In this document: positions 10,092 to 20,118 of the stretch, one piece after another
Layout: the number at the start of each line of letters is the position of its first letter
Position numbering within the stretch: position 1 is the first letter of the stretch
Assembly: GCA_022844165.1 (NCBI GenBank)
Contig: JALHMH010000015.1
Span: 40,529-104,528, forward strand
Length of the DNA stretch: 64,000 nt
Reading direction: 5' to 3'
Source: Lysobacterales bacterium
GTDB lineage: Bacteria; Pseudomonadota; Gammaproteobacteria; Xanthomonadales; SZUA-5
The notes under the pieces: model-generated
What the model saw: the letters and a program-made list of their open reading frames with translations, nothing else
The model's database searches: none
Told to the model about the DNA's origin: nothing
Made by a program: the position numbers and the translations under genes

Positions 10092-11104
10092 ATCAAGCCC
10101 CGTTGCGCCAGAACTTCAAGGACGCGCTTTTGCGTCTCCAGAAAATGTGCACGTGTGGGTGAACTGGTGGCTAACGTGTTTTTCGGGTGGACGACGCCCG
10201 AGTAGGTAGGTGCGAATAACTCAAGTCGCTGGCGTGCGAGGAAATTGCCCATGCCAGGTCGGCGCCGCCACGCACGTTGGGCATCCACGTCGATCATTCC
10301 GTTCGCCACCATCGACTCACCTGTTGCGGCTTCGGCCAGCGCCATGCCTTTGTAATCGATGAGCGTCGACATCCCGTCCGTTGACTCTGCCGGAATGGGC
10401 GTGCCTTCGATGCCCGCTGAGTTGGCCGATATGACGTAAGCCATGTTCTCCAGTGCGCGCGCGCGTTTGGCGATGTGTTTTTGCGTCAGCTGCGGGCTGC
10501 TCACTTCGCTGGTCGAGTGCACAAAGATTTCGGCACCACGCAAGGCATGTGCGCGAGCGATTTCCGGGTACAAGATCTCTTCCGAGGCGATCGCCGCGAG
10601 TTTCCCGATCGGTGTTGCGGCCACGGGGAAAATGCCGTCCCAGCCATAGCAGTCCAGGTACGCATCAAGCACATCGTGCGGCGTCGGTGCGAACATGGAG
10701 ACCAGTCGCCGATAGCGCAGCACCAATTCGCCGCTGGGTGCGATCACAAAGCTCGTCTGAAAGTACAACGCGGGGAAATGATGGTCGAGCTCGTACGCGT
10801 TACCGGCGATATACAACTGCTCGGTCGTGGCGCATTCGGCCATCAGATCGTACAGCGGGTCGTCCATGGCCAGGCACGCCAAGGTTTGCCAATGTTCGAT
10901 CGACTCACCTTGCGGGAAACTGGTCAAGAAATACTCGGGCAGAACCACGAGCTTCAGATCGGGTCCGATGAAGCGTTTGCTGGCTGCGATCTGCGCGACG
11001 ACTCGCGTTGCCGTATCGCGCATGCGCAGACGCGCCGCATCAATGGCCATACCGTTAACCGCGAAACAGCGCGTCTGCAGCGCAAGAGCGAAAAAGCGGT
11101 TCAT
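10088..11104 (-). CDS. Carbon-nitrogen hydrolase (nitrilase superfamily) with non-canonical triad
   Basis: LVVLPEYF, RARALENMAYVISAN, G.S.LIDY.G; the Lys and Cys positions read R and S. Confidence 0.85.
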   Translation of the reverse strand: MNRFFALALQTRCFAVNGMAIDAARLRMRDTATRVVAQIAASKRFIGPDLKLVVLPEYFLTSFPQGESIEHWQTLACLAMDDPLYDLMAECATTEQLYIAGNAYELDHHFPALYFQTSFVIAPSGELVLRYRRLVSMFAPTPHDVLDAYLDCYGWDGIFPVAATPIGKLAAIASEEILYPEIARAHALRGAEIFVHSTSEVSSPQLTQKHIAKRARALENMAYVISANSAGIEGTPIPAESTDGMSTLIDYKGMALAEAATGESMVANGMIDVDAQRAWRRRPGMGNFLARQRLELFAPTYSGVVHPKNTLATSSPTRAHFLETQKRVLEVLAQRGLI

Positions 11105-11108
11105 CGGT

Positions 11109-11864
11109 TTATCCAAAGTCGGCAGGTTGTTTGGTGACGAAGGCCGCGGCGCCAGCCGCAAACTCTTTGCCACCGAAAGCCGCGATCGCTAAGTCATCGA
11201 GGGTCGGATCGGTGGCGACCGCGGACACAGCACGCAGCGTTCGCTTGATATTTGTCAGCGCCTCGGATGGTCCCGTAGCCAACTGCTGCGCCAGCGTCGA
11301 CAATTGCCCTTCCAGATTCGCGGGCGCGCAGCGGCGCTGCACAAGGCCCATACGGAGCGCGTCGTCTGCATCCAATTCGCGTGAGGTCAACAGCATGTCG
11401 CTGGCGTGCGCAAGACCGATCGCAGCGACCAGTCGGTGCGTGTCAGCGGGGCTGTAGATCAATCCGAGGCGAATGGGCGTCACCGCAAAACGGGCGGTGT
11501 CGTCCGCAATGCGCAGATCGCACGCCGTTGCCAGCCCGACACCGCCGCCATAACAGGCGCCGCGGATGGCAGCAATGGTGGGAATCGGAGCCTCGAACAA
11601 AACACGTTGCGCGCGCTGCACACAAGCGTGGTTATCCGACATCCATTGTGGGTCGTCGATATGCGCTCGTAGCTCGTGCACATCGGCGCCGGCACAAAAG
11701 TGTGCGCCGCCTTCGATGGACACCACGCGCGCCCCGGCGTTGGTCAGGATGGTATCGGTCAACGCCTGCCAGGATTCGTGGTCGAGCGCATTGCGTTGCG
11801 CCGGACGATCAATCGTGATGCGCAGCCAACGTCCGCCCAGTTCGTGCCGAACAATGAGGCTCAC
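11109..11864 (-). CDS. Enoyl-CoA hydratase/isomerase family protein
   Basis: RNAL, FCAGAD, GACYGGGVGLATACDLR; GTG start overlaps the yciI stop. Confidence 0.9.
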   Translation of the reverse strand: MSLIVRHELGGRWLRITIDRPAQRNALDHESWQALTDTILTNAGARVVSIEGGAHFCAGADVHELRAHIDDPQWMSDNHACVQRAQRVLFEAPIPTIAAIRGACYGGGVGLATACDLRIADDTARFAVTPIRLGLIYSPADTHRLVAAIGLAHASDMLLTSRELDADDALRMGLVQRRCAPANLEGQLSTLAQQLATGPSEALTNIKRTLRAVSAVATDPTLDDLAIAAFGGKEFAAGAAAFVTKQPADFG

Positions 11865-12160
11865 CAGTTGCGCCCTCCCACCCAGGTGCCTGCCGCCGCG
11901 CGGTAGCCATGGACGTCGATACGTCGCCAGACATTGGCACGAGTGTAAGGATCGGCTGCGATCCACGCGCGTGCTGCCGGCAAAGACTCGGCCTCAATCA
12001 CAAACATCGACCCGATCATCGCGCCAGCATCGTTCAACCACGGCCCCGCAATCCGAATAATCGCCATCTGCGTCTCAATGAATGCGAGGTGCTCGGCGAG
12101 ATGTAATGCGCGCAATTGCGCGCCTTCGCTGCTATCGATTGCCCAGATCACTGCCAGCAT
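11861..12160 (-). CDS. YciI family protein
   Basis: R..HL..HL, AGP, GSMFV, ADPY motifs. Confidence 0.88.
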   Translation of the reverse strand: MLAVIWAIDSSEGAQLRALHLAEHLAFIETQMAIIRIAGPWLNDAGAMIGSMFVIEAESLPAARAWIAADPYTRANVWRRIDVHGYRAAAGTWVGGRNW

Positions 12161-12367
12161 GGTCCGTCCGCGCCGATGTGTCCCGCGCATGCTACCGCGT
12201 TGGCGTCGAGCGCATTTCGAGCAAGGATCACGCGAACCGCCGCGAAGCAGTCTTTTGCTGAGTCGCCTGAACAACGTCCGTCGGTGGTTCGGCCCCCGGT
12301 TGACGAATGAAATACGCTAAGGCTTAATTGCGGGCTCGGCGCGTTGTTCCTCCCGCCGAGCCACTTC

Positions 12368-12443
12368 GGCCAGGTAGCTCAGTTGGTAGAGCAGGGGACT
12401 GAAAATCCCCGTGTCGGCGGTTCGATTCCGTCCCTGGCCACCA
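12368..12443 (+). tRNA. tRNA-Phe (GAA)
   Basis: GGCCAGGTAGCTCAGTTGGTAGAGCAGGGGACTGAAAATCCCCGTGTCGGCGGTTCGATTCCGTCCCTGGCCACCA: 76 nt cloverleaf, anticodon GAA, encoded CCA. Confidence 0.98.
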
Positions 12444-12747
12444 TCTCGATCAAGCGCTTAGATCACGTTTCGGGAATGTTCTACTTCGCCGGCTCCGATC
12501 TGGTGCCCGTTGGTTGGCTGGCTTGATCCGTTTTCTCATTGAAGAGAACCGATGGGCCCGCGTTGGTGCAAGTCGGGACGAGCCCGTCCGCGCTCCTGCT
12601 CCCAGCGACTTTTGACGAGAACGCTTATCGAGCTGTACTTCCGACGTTCGAAGCAGGGCTTGCGTTTTTCGTCACGAACGGACATCGACGGCAACGCGTG
12701 CTACGTCTGCGGACACGGTGAGCTCGACGCTGAGGCACTGCATGACT

Positions 12748-14028
12748 CTACTGCCGCTCCAAAATCATCGCCACGCCCATACCGCCCGCGGCGCAGGCGG
12801 TGATCAACGCGCGGCCGTGGCCTCGTTCGGCGAGCTGCTGCGCGGCTCCAATGAGCATTCGACCGCCGGTTGCGGCGAAGGGATGACCTAAGGCGAGGCT
12901 GCCGCCAGCGAGGTTGATTTTGTCGACATCGATATGGCCTAAGGTGGCCGTGAGCCCGAGTCTGTCGCGACAGAACTTGACCGATTCTGCCGCGGCGATG
13001 GTCGACAGCACCTGCGCTGCAAAAGCCTCGTGGATTTCGATGATGTCGAAATCGGCGAGCGTAAGCCGGGTCCTGGTCAAGAGGCGGGAGATGGCCACTA
13101 CGGGCGCAATCAACAGTCCCTCGCCTCCGACAAAATCCACCGCCGCAACTTCCGCATCAATCAGCGCAGCCAGCGGTGTATGGCCGTGCGCTGATGCCCA
13201 GTTCGCGGTGGCCAGTAGCACTGCGCTGGCGCCGTCGGTCAATGGCGTGGAGTTGCCGGCCGTCAGCGTACCTTGTCCTGACATTTTATCGAAGGCAGGT
13301 TTCAGGCTGGCGAGCTTTTCGAGTGTCGTGTCCGGCCGCAAAATCGTGTCGCGGCGGATTCCGCCGAACGTGAGTAACGAAGCGTCGTAGAAGCCGCGGT
13401 CATAGGCTGCCGCGGCACGTTGATGACTCAGCAGCGCCAGGCGATCCTGATCGGCGCGAGAGATCGCCCAGGTCTTGGCCATCATCTCGCAGTGCTCGCC
13501 CATGCTCTTGCCGGTGCGCGGTTCGCTCACCTGCGGCGCGCTGGGTTTGAGTTCCTTGAACACAAATCCCTTGAATGCGGCAAGACGTTCGCCGAAGGTC
13601 CTGGCTCTGCTGGCGGCGAGCAGCCGCGCATTCAAAGTGCGATTGAGTACCAGCGGTACTTCGCTCGATGAGTCACTGCCGCCACCGATGCCGACCTCGA
13701 TCTGTCCCAGGGCGATTTTGTTGGCGACTGCGATCGCCGCTTCGAAACCGGTGCCACAGGCACGCTGCAGCGTAAGTCCAGGCGTGGTTGCGGCAAGGCC
13801 TGTGCCCAAGACGATTTCGCGTGCCAGATTGAAGTCGCGCGAGTGCTTCAAGACAGCGCCGAACGCGACATCGCCGAGCTCCTGAGCTTGCAACTGGAAG
13901 CGCTCTACCAACTTAGCGACGACTTCGGTGCCAAGTGCGAGATTTCCGAGCTCAGCAAACGCCGTGTTCTGGCGGCAGAAGGGCGTGCGCACGCCGCCGA
14001 GAATGTGCGCCAAGGGTTTGCGGTTCAT
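12748..14028 (-). CDS. Acetyl-CoA C-acyltransferase (thiolase, FadI-like)
   Basis: RTPF, RACGTG (catalytic Cys), HEAFA, GHPFAATG, CAAGG. Confidence 0.93.
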   Translation of the reverse strand: MNRKPLAHILGGVRTPFCRQNTAFAELGNLALGTEVVAKLVERFQLQAQELGDVAFGAVLKHSRDFNLAREIVLGTGLAATTPGLTLQRACGTGFEAAIAVANKIALGQIEVGIGGGSDSSSEVPLVLNRTLNARLLAASRARTFGERLAAFKGFVFKELKPSAPQVSEPRTGKSMGEHCEMMAKTWAISRADQDRLALLSHQRAAAAYDRGFYDASLLTFGGIRRDTILRPDTTLEKLASLKPAFDKMSGQGTLTAGNSTPLTDGASAVLLATANWASAHGHTPLAALIDAEVAAVDFVGGEGLLIAPVVAISRLLTRTRLTLADFDIIEIHEAFAAQVLSTIAAAESVKFCRDRLGLTATLGHIDVDKINLAGGSLALGHPFAATGGRMLIGAAQQLAERGHGRALITACAAGGMGVAMILERQ

Positions 14029-14217
14029 CCGTTGTCTCCGTTCGGAGATTGGGATGTTACGCCGGTCAGAGGCCAGGGTCTTGGACCGGACCGCAGTCGC
14101 CCAGCGAGATCGATAACATCGATTTGCCCCAACGGGGCAACGCATACCAGCCCAGGGTGCAACCCTGGGGTATCAATGCGAATGCGAATGCGGTCTGAGG
14201 GAACGCCGCATAGGTAC

Positions 14218-15546
14218 TTATAAAATGTAGCGGCTCAAATCCTCGTTCTTGACCAGCTCGGCGAGGTGCTCATCGACAAAGCGACTATCGATGGTCACCT
14301 CGTCGCCGCTGCGATCGGAGGCGTCGAACGACAGCGACTCGAGGAGTTTCTCCAGCACGGTGTGCAACCGCCTGGCGCCGATATTTTCCATGCGCTCATT
14401 GACGTGTGCCGCGATTTCCGCCAGACGGCGCACGCCATCGCCGGTGAATTCGATACGCAAACCCTCGGTGCCCATGAGCGCAACGTATTGCCGCGTTAAG
14501 GCATTCGACGGCTCGCACAGGATGCGTTCGAAGTCGTCAACATTAAGCGCCTGCAACTCGACTCGGATCGGGAACCGGCCCTGCAATTCCGGGATGAGAT
14601 CCGACGGTTTGGCCAAATGGAAAGCACCCGAGGCAATGAACAGGATGTGGTCGGTCTTGACGGTGCCGTACTTGGTAGAAACGGTCGACCCTTCGACCAG
14701 CGGCAGCAAGTCGCGTTGCACGCCTTCGCGCGAGACATCCGCGCCGCCATATTCGCCGCGGCGGCAGACCTTGTCGATTTCGTCGATGAACACGATGCCG
14801 TTCTGTTCCACGTTGTAGATTGCCGCGGATTTGATCTCGTCCTCGTTGATCAGCTTGGCGGCCTCATCGTCGATCAGCAGCGCACGCGCTTTGCCGATCG
14901 GCAGCTTGCGCTTCGTGCTGCGTTGGCTCGCCAGATTTTGGAATAGACCTTTCAACTGGCTGGTCATTTCTTCCATACCCGGTGGCGCCGCAATCTCGAT
15001 GCCGAGCGATTGCGCCAGATCGATCTCGATTTCCCGCTCGTCGAGCGCGCCGGCGCGCAATCGCTCCCGCAGCTTTGCCCGAGTTTCATTGTCGCGGTCC
15101 ACCGAGTCGGACGGATTGTGATCGAAGCTCAGTCCCTGGCGCCGCGGCACGAGCGCATCCAGGATGCGTTCCTCGGCGCGTTCTTCGGCTGTGGATTTGA
15201 CCTTCTCGACCGCCAGTTCGCGTGCCAACTTGACCGCCGCATCGGCGAGATCGCGAATGATGGTTTCGACATCTTTGCCGACGTAACCAACTTCGGTGAA
15301 CTTCGTTGCTTCAACCTTGACGAACGGTGCGTTCGCGAGCGCCGCCAACCGGCGTGCGATTTCCGTCTTGCCAACACCGGTGGGGCCGATCATCAGAATG
15401 TTCTTGGGCATCACCTCGTTGCGCAGCGCGGGATCGAGCTGCATGCGTCGCCAGCGGTTACGCAAAGCGATCGCGACAGCGCGCTTGGCAGCGGACTGGC
15501 CGATGATGTACTGATCTAAAGCGGCGACAATGGATTTCGGGGTCAT
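14218..15546 (-). CDS. hslU: ATP-dependent protease ATPase subunit HslU
   Basis: [21 protein letters not shown]-terminal DLSRYIL. Confidence 0.98.
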   Translation of the reverse strand: MTPKSIVAALDQYIIGQSAAKRAVAIALRNRWRRMQLDPALRNEVMPKNILMIGPTGVGKTEIARRLAALANAPFVKVEATKFTEVGYVGKDVETIIRDLADAAVKLARELAVEKVKSTAEERAEERILDALVPRRQGLSFDHNPSDSVDRDNETRAKLRERLRAGALDEREIEIDLAQSLGIEIAAPPGMEEMTSQLKGLFQNLASQRSTKRKLPIGKARALLIDDEAAKLINEDEIKSAAIYNVEQNGIVFIDEIDKVCRRGEYGGADVSREGVQRDLLPLVEGSTVSTKYGTVKTDHILFIASGAFHLAKPSDLIPELQGRFPIRVELQALNVDDFERILCEPSNALTRQYVALMGTEGLRIEFTGDGVRRLAEIAAHVNERMENIGARRLHTVLEKLLESLSFDASDRSGDEVTIDSRFVDEHLAELVKNEDLSRYIL

Positions 15547-15646
15547 TTTCGATGGCCGTTTTGCGCGTGGCAGGTTGTGGGTAGCGAGCTTTGGTCGTGT
15601 GGCCCGGTGCTGACCGCCATCCAGGCAACGAAGACCAAACCCGGTC

Positions 15647-16183
15647 CTACAACTCCTCCAACGTCAAGTTGTGATTGGTGTAAATGCAGATGTCGGCCGC
15701 AATGTTGAGTGCACGTTCGACAATCTCGCGCGGGCCAAGCTCCGTGTTTTCCAGCAGCGCTTTCGCCGCCGCCTGCGCATAATTGCCGCCGGAACCGATC
15801 GCGATCAGCCCTTGCTCGGGCTCCAGAACATCGCCGTTGCCGGTGATGAGCAGCGATGTTTCGCTGTCGGCAACCGCCAGCAGCGCTTCGAGGCGCATCA
15901 GTCGCCGCTCGGTGCGCCAGTCTTTGGCCAGTTCGACAGCAGCGCGCGTTAGGTTGCCGCCATGTTTTTCGAGTTTTGCGTCGAACAATTCGAACAATGT
16001 AAATGCGTCCGCCGTCGCGCCTGCGAAACCGGACAGCACGTTGCCTTTGCCCAATCTGCGGACTTTGCGCGCATTGCCCTTAACAACGGTATTGCCGAGC
16101 GACACCTGGCCGTCGCCGCCCATCACAACGCGGTTGCCGCGGCGCACGGAGAGTATGGTCGTGCCGTGAAAAGATTCGCTCAT
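15647..16183 (-). CDS. hslV: ATP-dependent protease peptidase subunit HslV
   Basis: [24 protein letters not shown]. Confidence 0.98.
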   Translation of the reverse strand: MSESFHGTTILSVRRGNRVVMGGDGQVSLGNTVVKGNARKVRRLGKGNVLSGFAGATADAFTLFELFDAKLEKHGGNLTRAAVELAKDWRTERRLMRLEALLAVADSETSLLITGNGDVLEPEQGLIAIGSGGNYAQAAAKALLENTELGPREIVERALNIAADICIYTNHNLTLEEL

Positions 16184-16290
16184 TGGAATCAACGTGACTC
16201 AGGAAGCCCAGTTGTGGGGGCGGTCCATCAAGAAATCAAATGGCTGGATCGTGAGAACCGAGGCAACTCAAGCCGCGTTCGTTCACCTGA

Positions 16291-16433
16291 GAGCGGTTTG
16301 AATAACCTACTGCGCGGGCCGATGGCTGCGTTGGACGGTGCTCGCTTCCTTGCCTATCGACTTGATATGTCTGCGTCGCTCCGCGCCGTCTGCCTTGCCC
16401 TCGGCCCGCTCACTACGGTTATTCAAACCGCTC
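16291..16433. repeat. ~143 bp palindromic MITE/ERIC-like intergenic element
   Basis: Perfect 17 bp terminal inverted repeats GAGCGGTTTGAATAACC ... GGTTATTCAAACCGCTC with further internal complementarity; resembles Xanthomonadales intergenic miniature repeats. Confidence 0.8.
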
Positions 16434-16444
16434 CTGAGATTGTC

Positions 16445-17524
16445 TTAGCGAAATTCGATCACCTCGACTCCATAACCGGCAAGCCCAAAATAGGGGCGCG
16501 CTGTGCCCAATACGATGATCTTCCGAGCGCCCAAATCGGCCAGAATCTGCGCGCCGATGCCGGTGGTGCGCCAGGGTTGCGCCGGCGTCGACTCGGGCGG
16601 CTCGCCCAACAAGCGACGCAACTGCGACGATGGGTCTGATCGGTCCCCAAGCACAATGACCACGCCGCTTGGCGCCTGCGCGATGGTAGTCATCGCATCG
16701 CGCAGCGATAGCCCGAAATCGCCGCGCTCGATTCCGAGCAGGTCGCTCCAAATATTCTTGTTGTGGACACGCACCAGAGTCGGGCTGTCCGAGTCGATGA
16801 CACCTTGAATCAACGCGTGGTGTAACTCATGGGTCAGAGTGTCTCGGTACACGATTAACGAGAACTCGCCGACTGCTGTCCGGACCAATTGCTCCGCGAC
16901 TCTTTCGACCGTTTTTTCGTTGCCCAGGCGATAGCGAATCAGGTCTGCGATGCTGCCGATCTTGAGTCCGTGTTGGGCTGCGAAGAGTTCCAATTGTGGG
17001 CGCCGCGCCATGTGGCCGTCGTCGCTCATGATTTCGACCAGTACGCCGGCAGGTTCATGTCCGGCCAAACAAGCGAGGTCGACGGCTGCTTCGGTATGCC
17101 CAGCACGCGCCAGTACACCACCAGGTTGCGCGGCCAGCGGGAAAACGTGGCCCGGTTGCACCAGGTCGTCCGCGCGAGCCTGCGCAGCGACCGCGGTGCG
17201 GATCGTATGCGCCCGGTCGTAGGCCGAGATGCCGGTGGTGACGCCGCTGGCGGCTTCGATAGAAACGGTAAAGGCGGTGCCCATTCGTGTGCCGTTGCGC
17301 GCCGTCATCGGTCCGAGTTGCAGGCGTTTGCAGCGCTCCTGCGTCAGCGCAAGGCAGATCAGGCCGCGCGCGTGGCGTGCCATGAAGTTGATGTCGTCAG
17401 GCCGCACGCAGCTGGCGGCCATGATCAAATCGCCTTCGTTCTCCCGGTCCTCATCATCGAGGACCACCACCATCTTGCCAGCGCGGAGATCGTCGAGAAG
17501 CTCGGGAATGGTATTGAAAGACAT
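16445..17524 (-). CDS. ribB: 3,4-dihydroxy-2-butanone-4-phosphate synthase fused to a degenerate GTP cyclohydrolase II domain (RibBX-type)
   Basis: DDEDRENEGDL, TGISAYDRA, RAGHTEA; the C-terminal domain lacks the GCH II zinc cysteines. Confidence 0.92.
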   Translation of the reverse strand: MSFNTIPELLDDLRAGKMVVVLDDEDRENEGDLIMAASCVRPDDINFMARHARGLICLALTQERCKRLQLGPMTARNGTRMGTAFTVSIEAASGVTTGISAYDRAHTIRTAVAAQARADDLVQPGHVFPLAAQPGGVLARAGHTEAAVDLACLAGHEPAGVLVEIMSDDGHMARRPQLELFAAQHGLKIGSIADLIRYRLGNEKTVERVAEQLVRTAVGEFSLIVYRDTLTHELHHALIQGVIDSDSPTLVRVHNKNIWSDLLGIERGDFGLSLRDAMTTIAQAPSGVVIVLGDRSDPSSQLRRLLGEPPESTPAQPWRTTGIGAQILADLGARKIIVLGTARPYFGLAGYGVEVIEFR

Positions 17525-17719
17525 GCGGTATGGTCGATGAGAACCGTCGCGCAGTCTAACGGCTGCTCGCCGTGCATGCGTCGACTTGTCGCGATACGCG
17601 TTGGTTCTCGATTCCACCGTCGCACCTGTTCAAGCGGGCGTTGGCGTCGGTTGGAAATGCGGTGATACACGTTGTCCGGATTATCTCGTCGCGCATGTTC
17701 GAGCGTGCGTCAGCGAAAA

Positions 17720-18181
17720 TCACTGATTCTCGATGGGTTTGGCATTGCGCTGCAGGTCGCGCGTTGCGCGCCTGGCGTTTCGTGCCCGGTCTTCCCGTTG
17801 ACCAACCGTCAGGCACAGCTCTCGCGGCAGGCGGCTGCCGATCGGTGCCTCTTTGGTGCAGACGATCCGGTTCTTATTTCTGATTCGTAAATGTTCGTCC
17901 AACTGCGCTCGCGCATTGTCAAGAACTTCGCGATCGGCTGCGCTGAGATCGGCAAGGCTCGAGCTGCGTTTGGCAATGTTGGCAATCGCGCGCGCAGCTT
18001 CCGTCGCGCGTTCGCGGCTGAATTTCGACAGTTTGCCGTACTGGCCGGCGCGCGCCAGCTGCATCGCCAATTCGGTCTCGCTGGCGATCTCGGCCAACTC
18101 CAGCTGGCGATCGGTTTCTGTGATAGCCACCGCGTTGCCGAACATCATCAACATAACCACCCAAAGTGCAATGCGCTGCAT
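17720..18181 (-). CDS. Hypothetical secreted protein
   Basis: Signal peptide; C-terminal VCTKEAPIGSRLPRELCLT two-Cys motif. Confidence 0.7.
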   Translation of the reverse strand: MQRIALWVVMLMMFGNAVAITETDRQLELAEIASETELAMQLARAGQYGKLSKFSRERATEAARAIANIAKRSSSLADLSAADREVLDNARAQLDEHLRIRNKNRIVCTKEAPIGSRLPRELCLTVGQREDRARNARRATRDLQRNAKPIENQ

Positions 18182-18419
18182 ATCACCGGCCCCTATCACG
18201 TTGTTGAGGACTCGCTCTCCATGGATCAAGCACTTACGTGCTCGACCCAATTGCGAATCATCCTATGGTTCGCGCCCGCAGGCCGTTTCTCAACAGCCTG
18301 CTATGCGCTGACAATCCATTCCCAAGGCCAAGAGATAATCACAGGGTGGCACAGCTGGCAAATTAAAATTCGAAAAGGCACGAAGCGGGCGGTGCTGTTG
18401 GGTGATCGGCGTCGATCGT

Positions 18420-18992
18420 TCAGGTCAGACGTGCGAGCGGCGCGATACGGCAAAGAACAACTTCGCCGCCGCCGTCCAGCACGGCCCGGCCGCCTGAGCC
18501 GTCGCCGCTCAGAAGCAAGGCATGCTGTGCACCAAGCCACTGGCTGCGTTCGCCTGCGCGCAGCGTCGCTTCGCCGCTGACCAGATACACGAGCCAGCTC
18601 ACGTCGATTTCATTGAACAGCACCATGGCGCCGACGAGTGGCCGCGGCAGCAATTTGGCATCGATGAGGTGTGGGTCGTAGATCAAGTTGAAAACCGAGC
18701 ACGGGAAATCCCCTTGCGCGTTGCATGGTGTATCGCTTGGGATCGTCTGCGCGCTCAGGCGCGGCGCGATGTCAATGCGGCGCTCATCGACGTCCAATGT
18801 GAGCGGTCCGCCGTCGAGCAATGCGATCAGCCGAGTCTTGCCAGGGAAAGCGGTGAAATCGCCCGCCGCATCGATGCGTGCGACGCTTGCTCGCCACTGC
18901 CAGGGATCGCCACCGCGGGCGATTTCGCGGGTTGCGCCATGTGACCAGGGGGACACACGCTGCGATTGTGGTTCGATACAGGTCAACTTCAC
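18420..18992 (-). CDS. HutD/Ves family protein
   Basis: PW.HG.TREIA, WRASVA.I...GDF..FPG..R, FNLI. Confidence 0.85.
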   Translation of the reverse strand: MKLTCIEPQSQRVSPWSHGATREIARGGDPWQWRASVARIDAAGDFTAFPGKTRLIALLDGGPLTLDVDERRIDIAPRLSAQTIPSDTPCNAQGDFPCSVFNLIYDPHLIDAKLLPRPLVGAMVLFNEIDVSWLVYLVSGEATLRAGERSQWLGAQHALLLSGDGSGGRAVLDGGGEVVLCRIAPLARLT

Positions 18993-19477
18993 TTCTTGGC
19001 CCTGGAAATCATTGTCGTTCTAATGCCTTCCGCAAAGTCCACAAAACACTGATCGAACTGATAGGAGAGAAGCGGCCACTCACGAGAGAAGTGGGGATTC
19101 TTAAAGCAGTCTTCCAAATATCCAACCCATCCCTGCCACTGAACCTTTCGAAAACCAGATCGTGTATCGCGATAAAGCAAGAAAGCTCGTTCGTGCAGAC
19201 TCAATAGCAGGCAGAAAAGTAGCTGCATTCGTTTCCGCCGTTCGCCGCTGAGCGGTTCCGTTACGTCGCTGCCATTCCCGAACGCGGGCAAGTCCGGATT
19301 TTCCAGACAAGTCCTGAGATAAGCGTCATAACAATCACCCAGCGTAGAATACGTGCGACTTTCACGATCTTTAATCTCGCGAAATTTGCCATAGACGAAG
19401 ACGCCGATGCCAACTGGCACGCCCAGAAGTTGAATCCAGAGGATCAACAGTTCGATAAGTTCTTTCGACAAGATCAT
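18989..19477 (-). CDS. Hypothetical protein with N-terminal TM helix
   Basis: 162 aa; TM then helical domain (ERAF...WQGW..Y...F...W...FD..F); A/T-richer; ATGA overlap with hutD. Confidence 0.75.
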   Translation of the reverse strand: MILSKELIELLILWIQLLGVPVGIGVFVYGKFREIKDRESRTYSTLGDCYDAYLRTCLENPDLPAFGNGSDVTEPLSGERRKRMQLLFCLLLSLHERAFLLYRDTRSGFRKVQWQGWVGYLEDCFKNPHFSREWPLLSYQFDQCFVDFAEGIRTTMISRAKK

Positions 19478-19479
19478 TC

Positions 19480-19857
19480 CTAGATAAAGTCCAGATGCGA
19501 GCAGTCTGCCATGAACTCTCGATAGTCTGAAGTGAGTTCCGTATTTTCCGGAATGCGTTCCCTGGCGAATCCCAAGCCCTCTCTTGTAAAATCCGTATTG
19601 GGCGATCGAGAGTGGTTAATGAACCTGCCCGCTGTGGATTCGTAATAAATCGGCCCGTCAATGACTGACCGCCAGGCATGTATTTCAAGTTCGTTGCGAA
19701 CGTCGAATGGTATCGTGTTCCATTCTTCCTCTGTGAAAATCAGGTCGAAGCGCTCGTCAAAGCGCCATATGAGTTGGCCCTTTTCAATATTCGTTCTGGT
19801 AAAGACACCTACGCCGGAAATTGGGCTTGGGGCCACGAAGACTGGAATTATAAACAC
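19480..19857 (-). CDS. SET-domain protein-lysine methyltransferase
   Basis: SPISGVGVF, RFINHSRSPN, ELTSDY SET motifs; GTG start with GAGG RBS. Confidence 0.9.
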   Translation of the reverse strand: MFIIPVFVAPSPISGVGVFTRTNIEKGQLIWRFDERFDLIFTEEEWNTIPFDVRNELEIHAWRSVIDGPIYYESTAGRFINHSRSPNTDFTREGLGFARERIPENTELTSDYREFMADCSHLDFI

Positions 19858-20118
19858 GACAACCTCTGCGTATTAAAATGACAATGAGTTCCAAGAACTG
19901 TGTTTGGGCACCTTGTACCTATCTCCGATCAAACGAACGGACGACAGGACAACACGCTGCATCCGGAGCGAATCATGGCCAAGTATGACAGCGGAGCGCG
20001 CGGGTTGAAGCCTTCAACGAGCAGTCGCCTGCCGCTCTTTTGCTCGGCGGCTCGGGTCGGCATACTCCGACAGCTGGCCGGCGAGCTGCCGCAGCGCCGC
20101 AGGCATAGGAACCTCCGC

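Noticed and set aside
12444-12747. Island or small gene downstream of tRNA-Phe
   Set aside because: No integrase or duplicated tRNA end; the short ORFs lack motifs and a convincing RBS.
17525-17719. FMN riboswitch upstream of ribB
   Set aside because: The conserved RFN sequence blocks are not visible on the minus strand.
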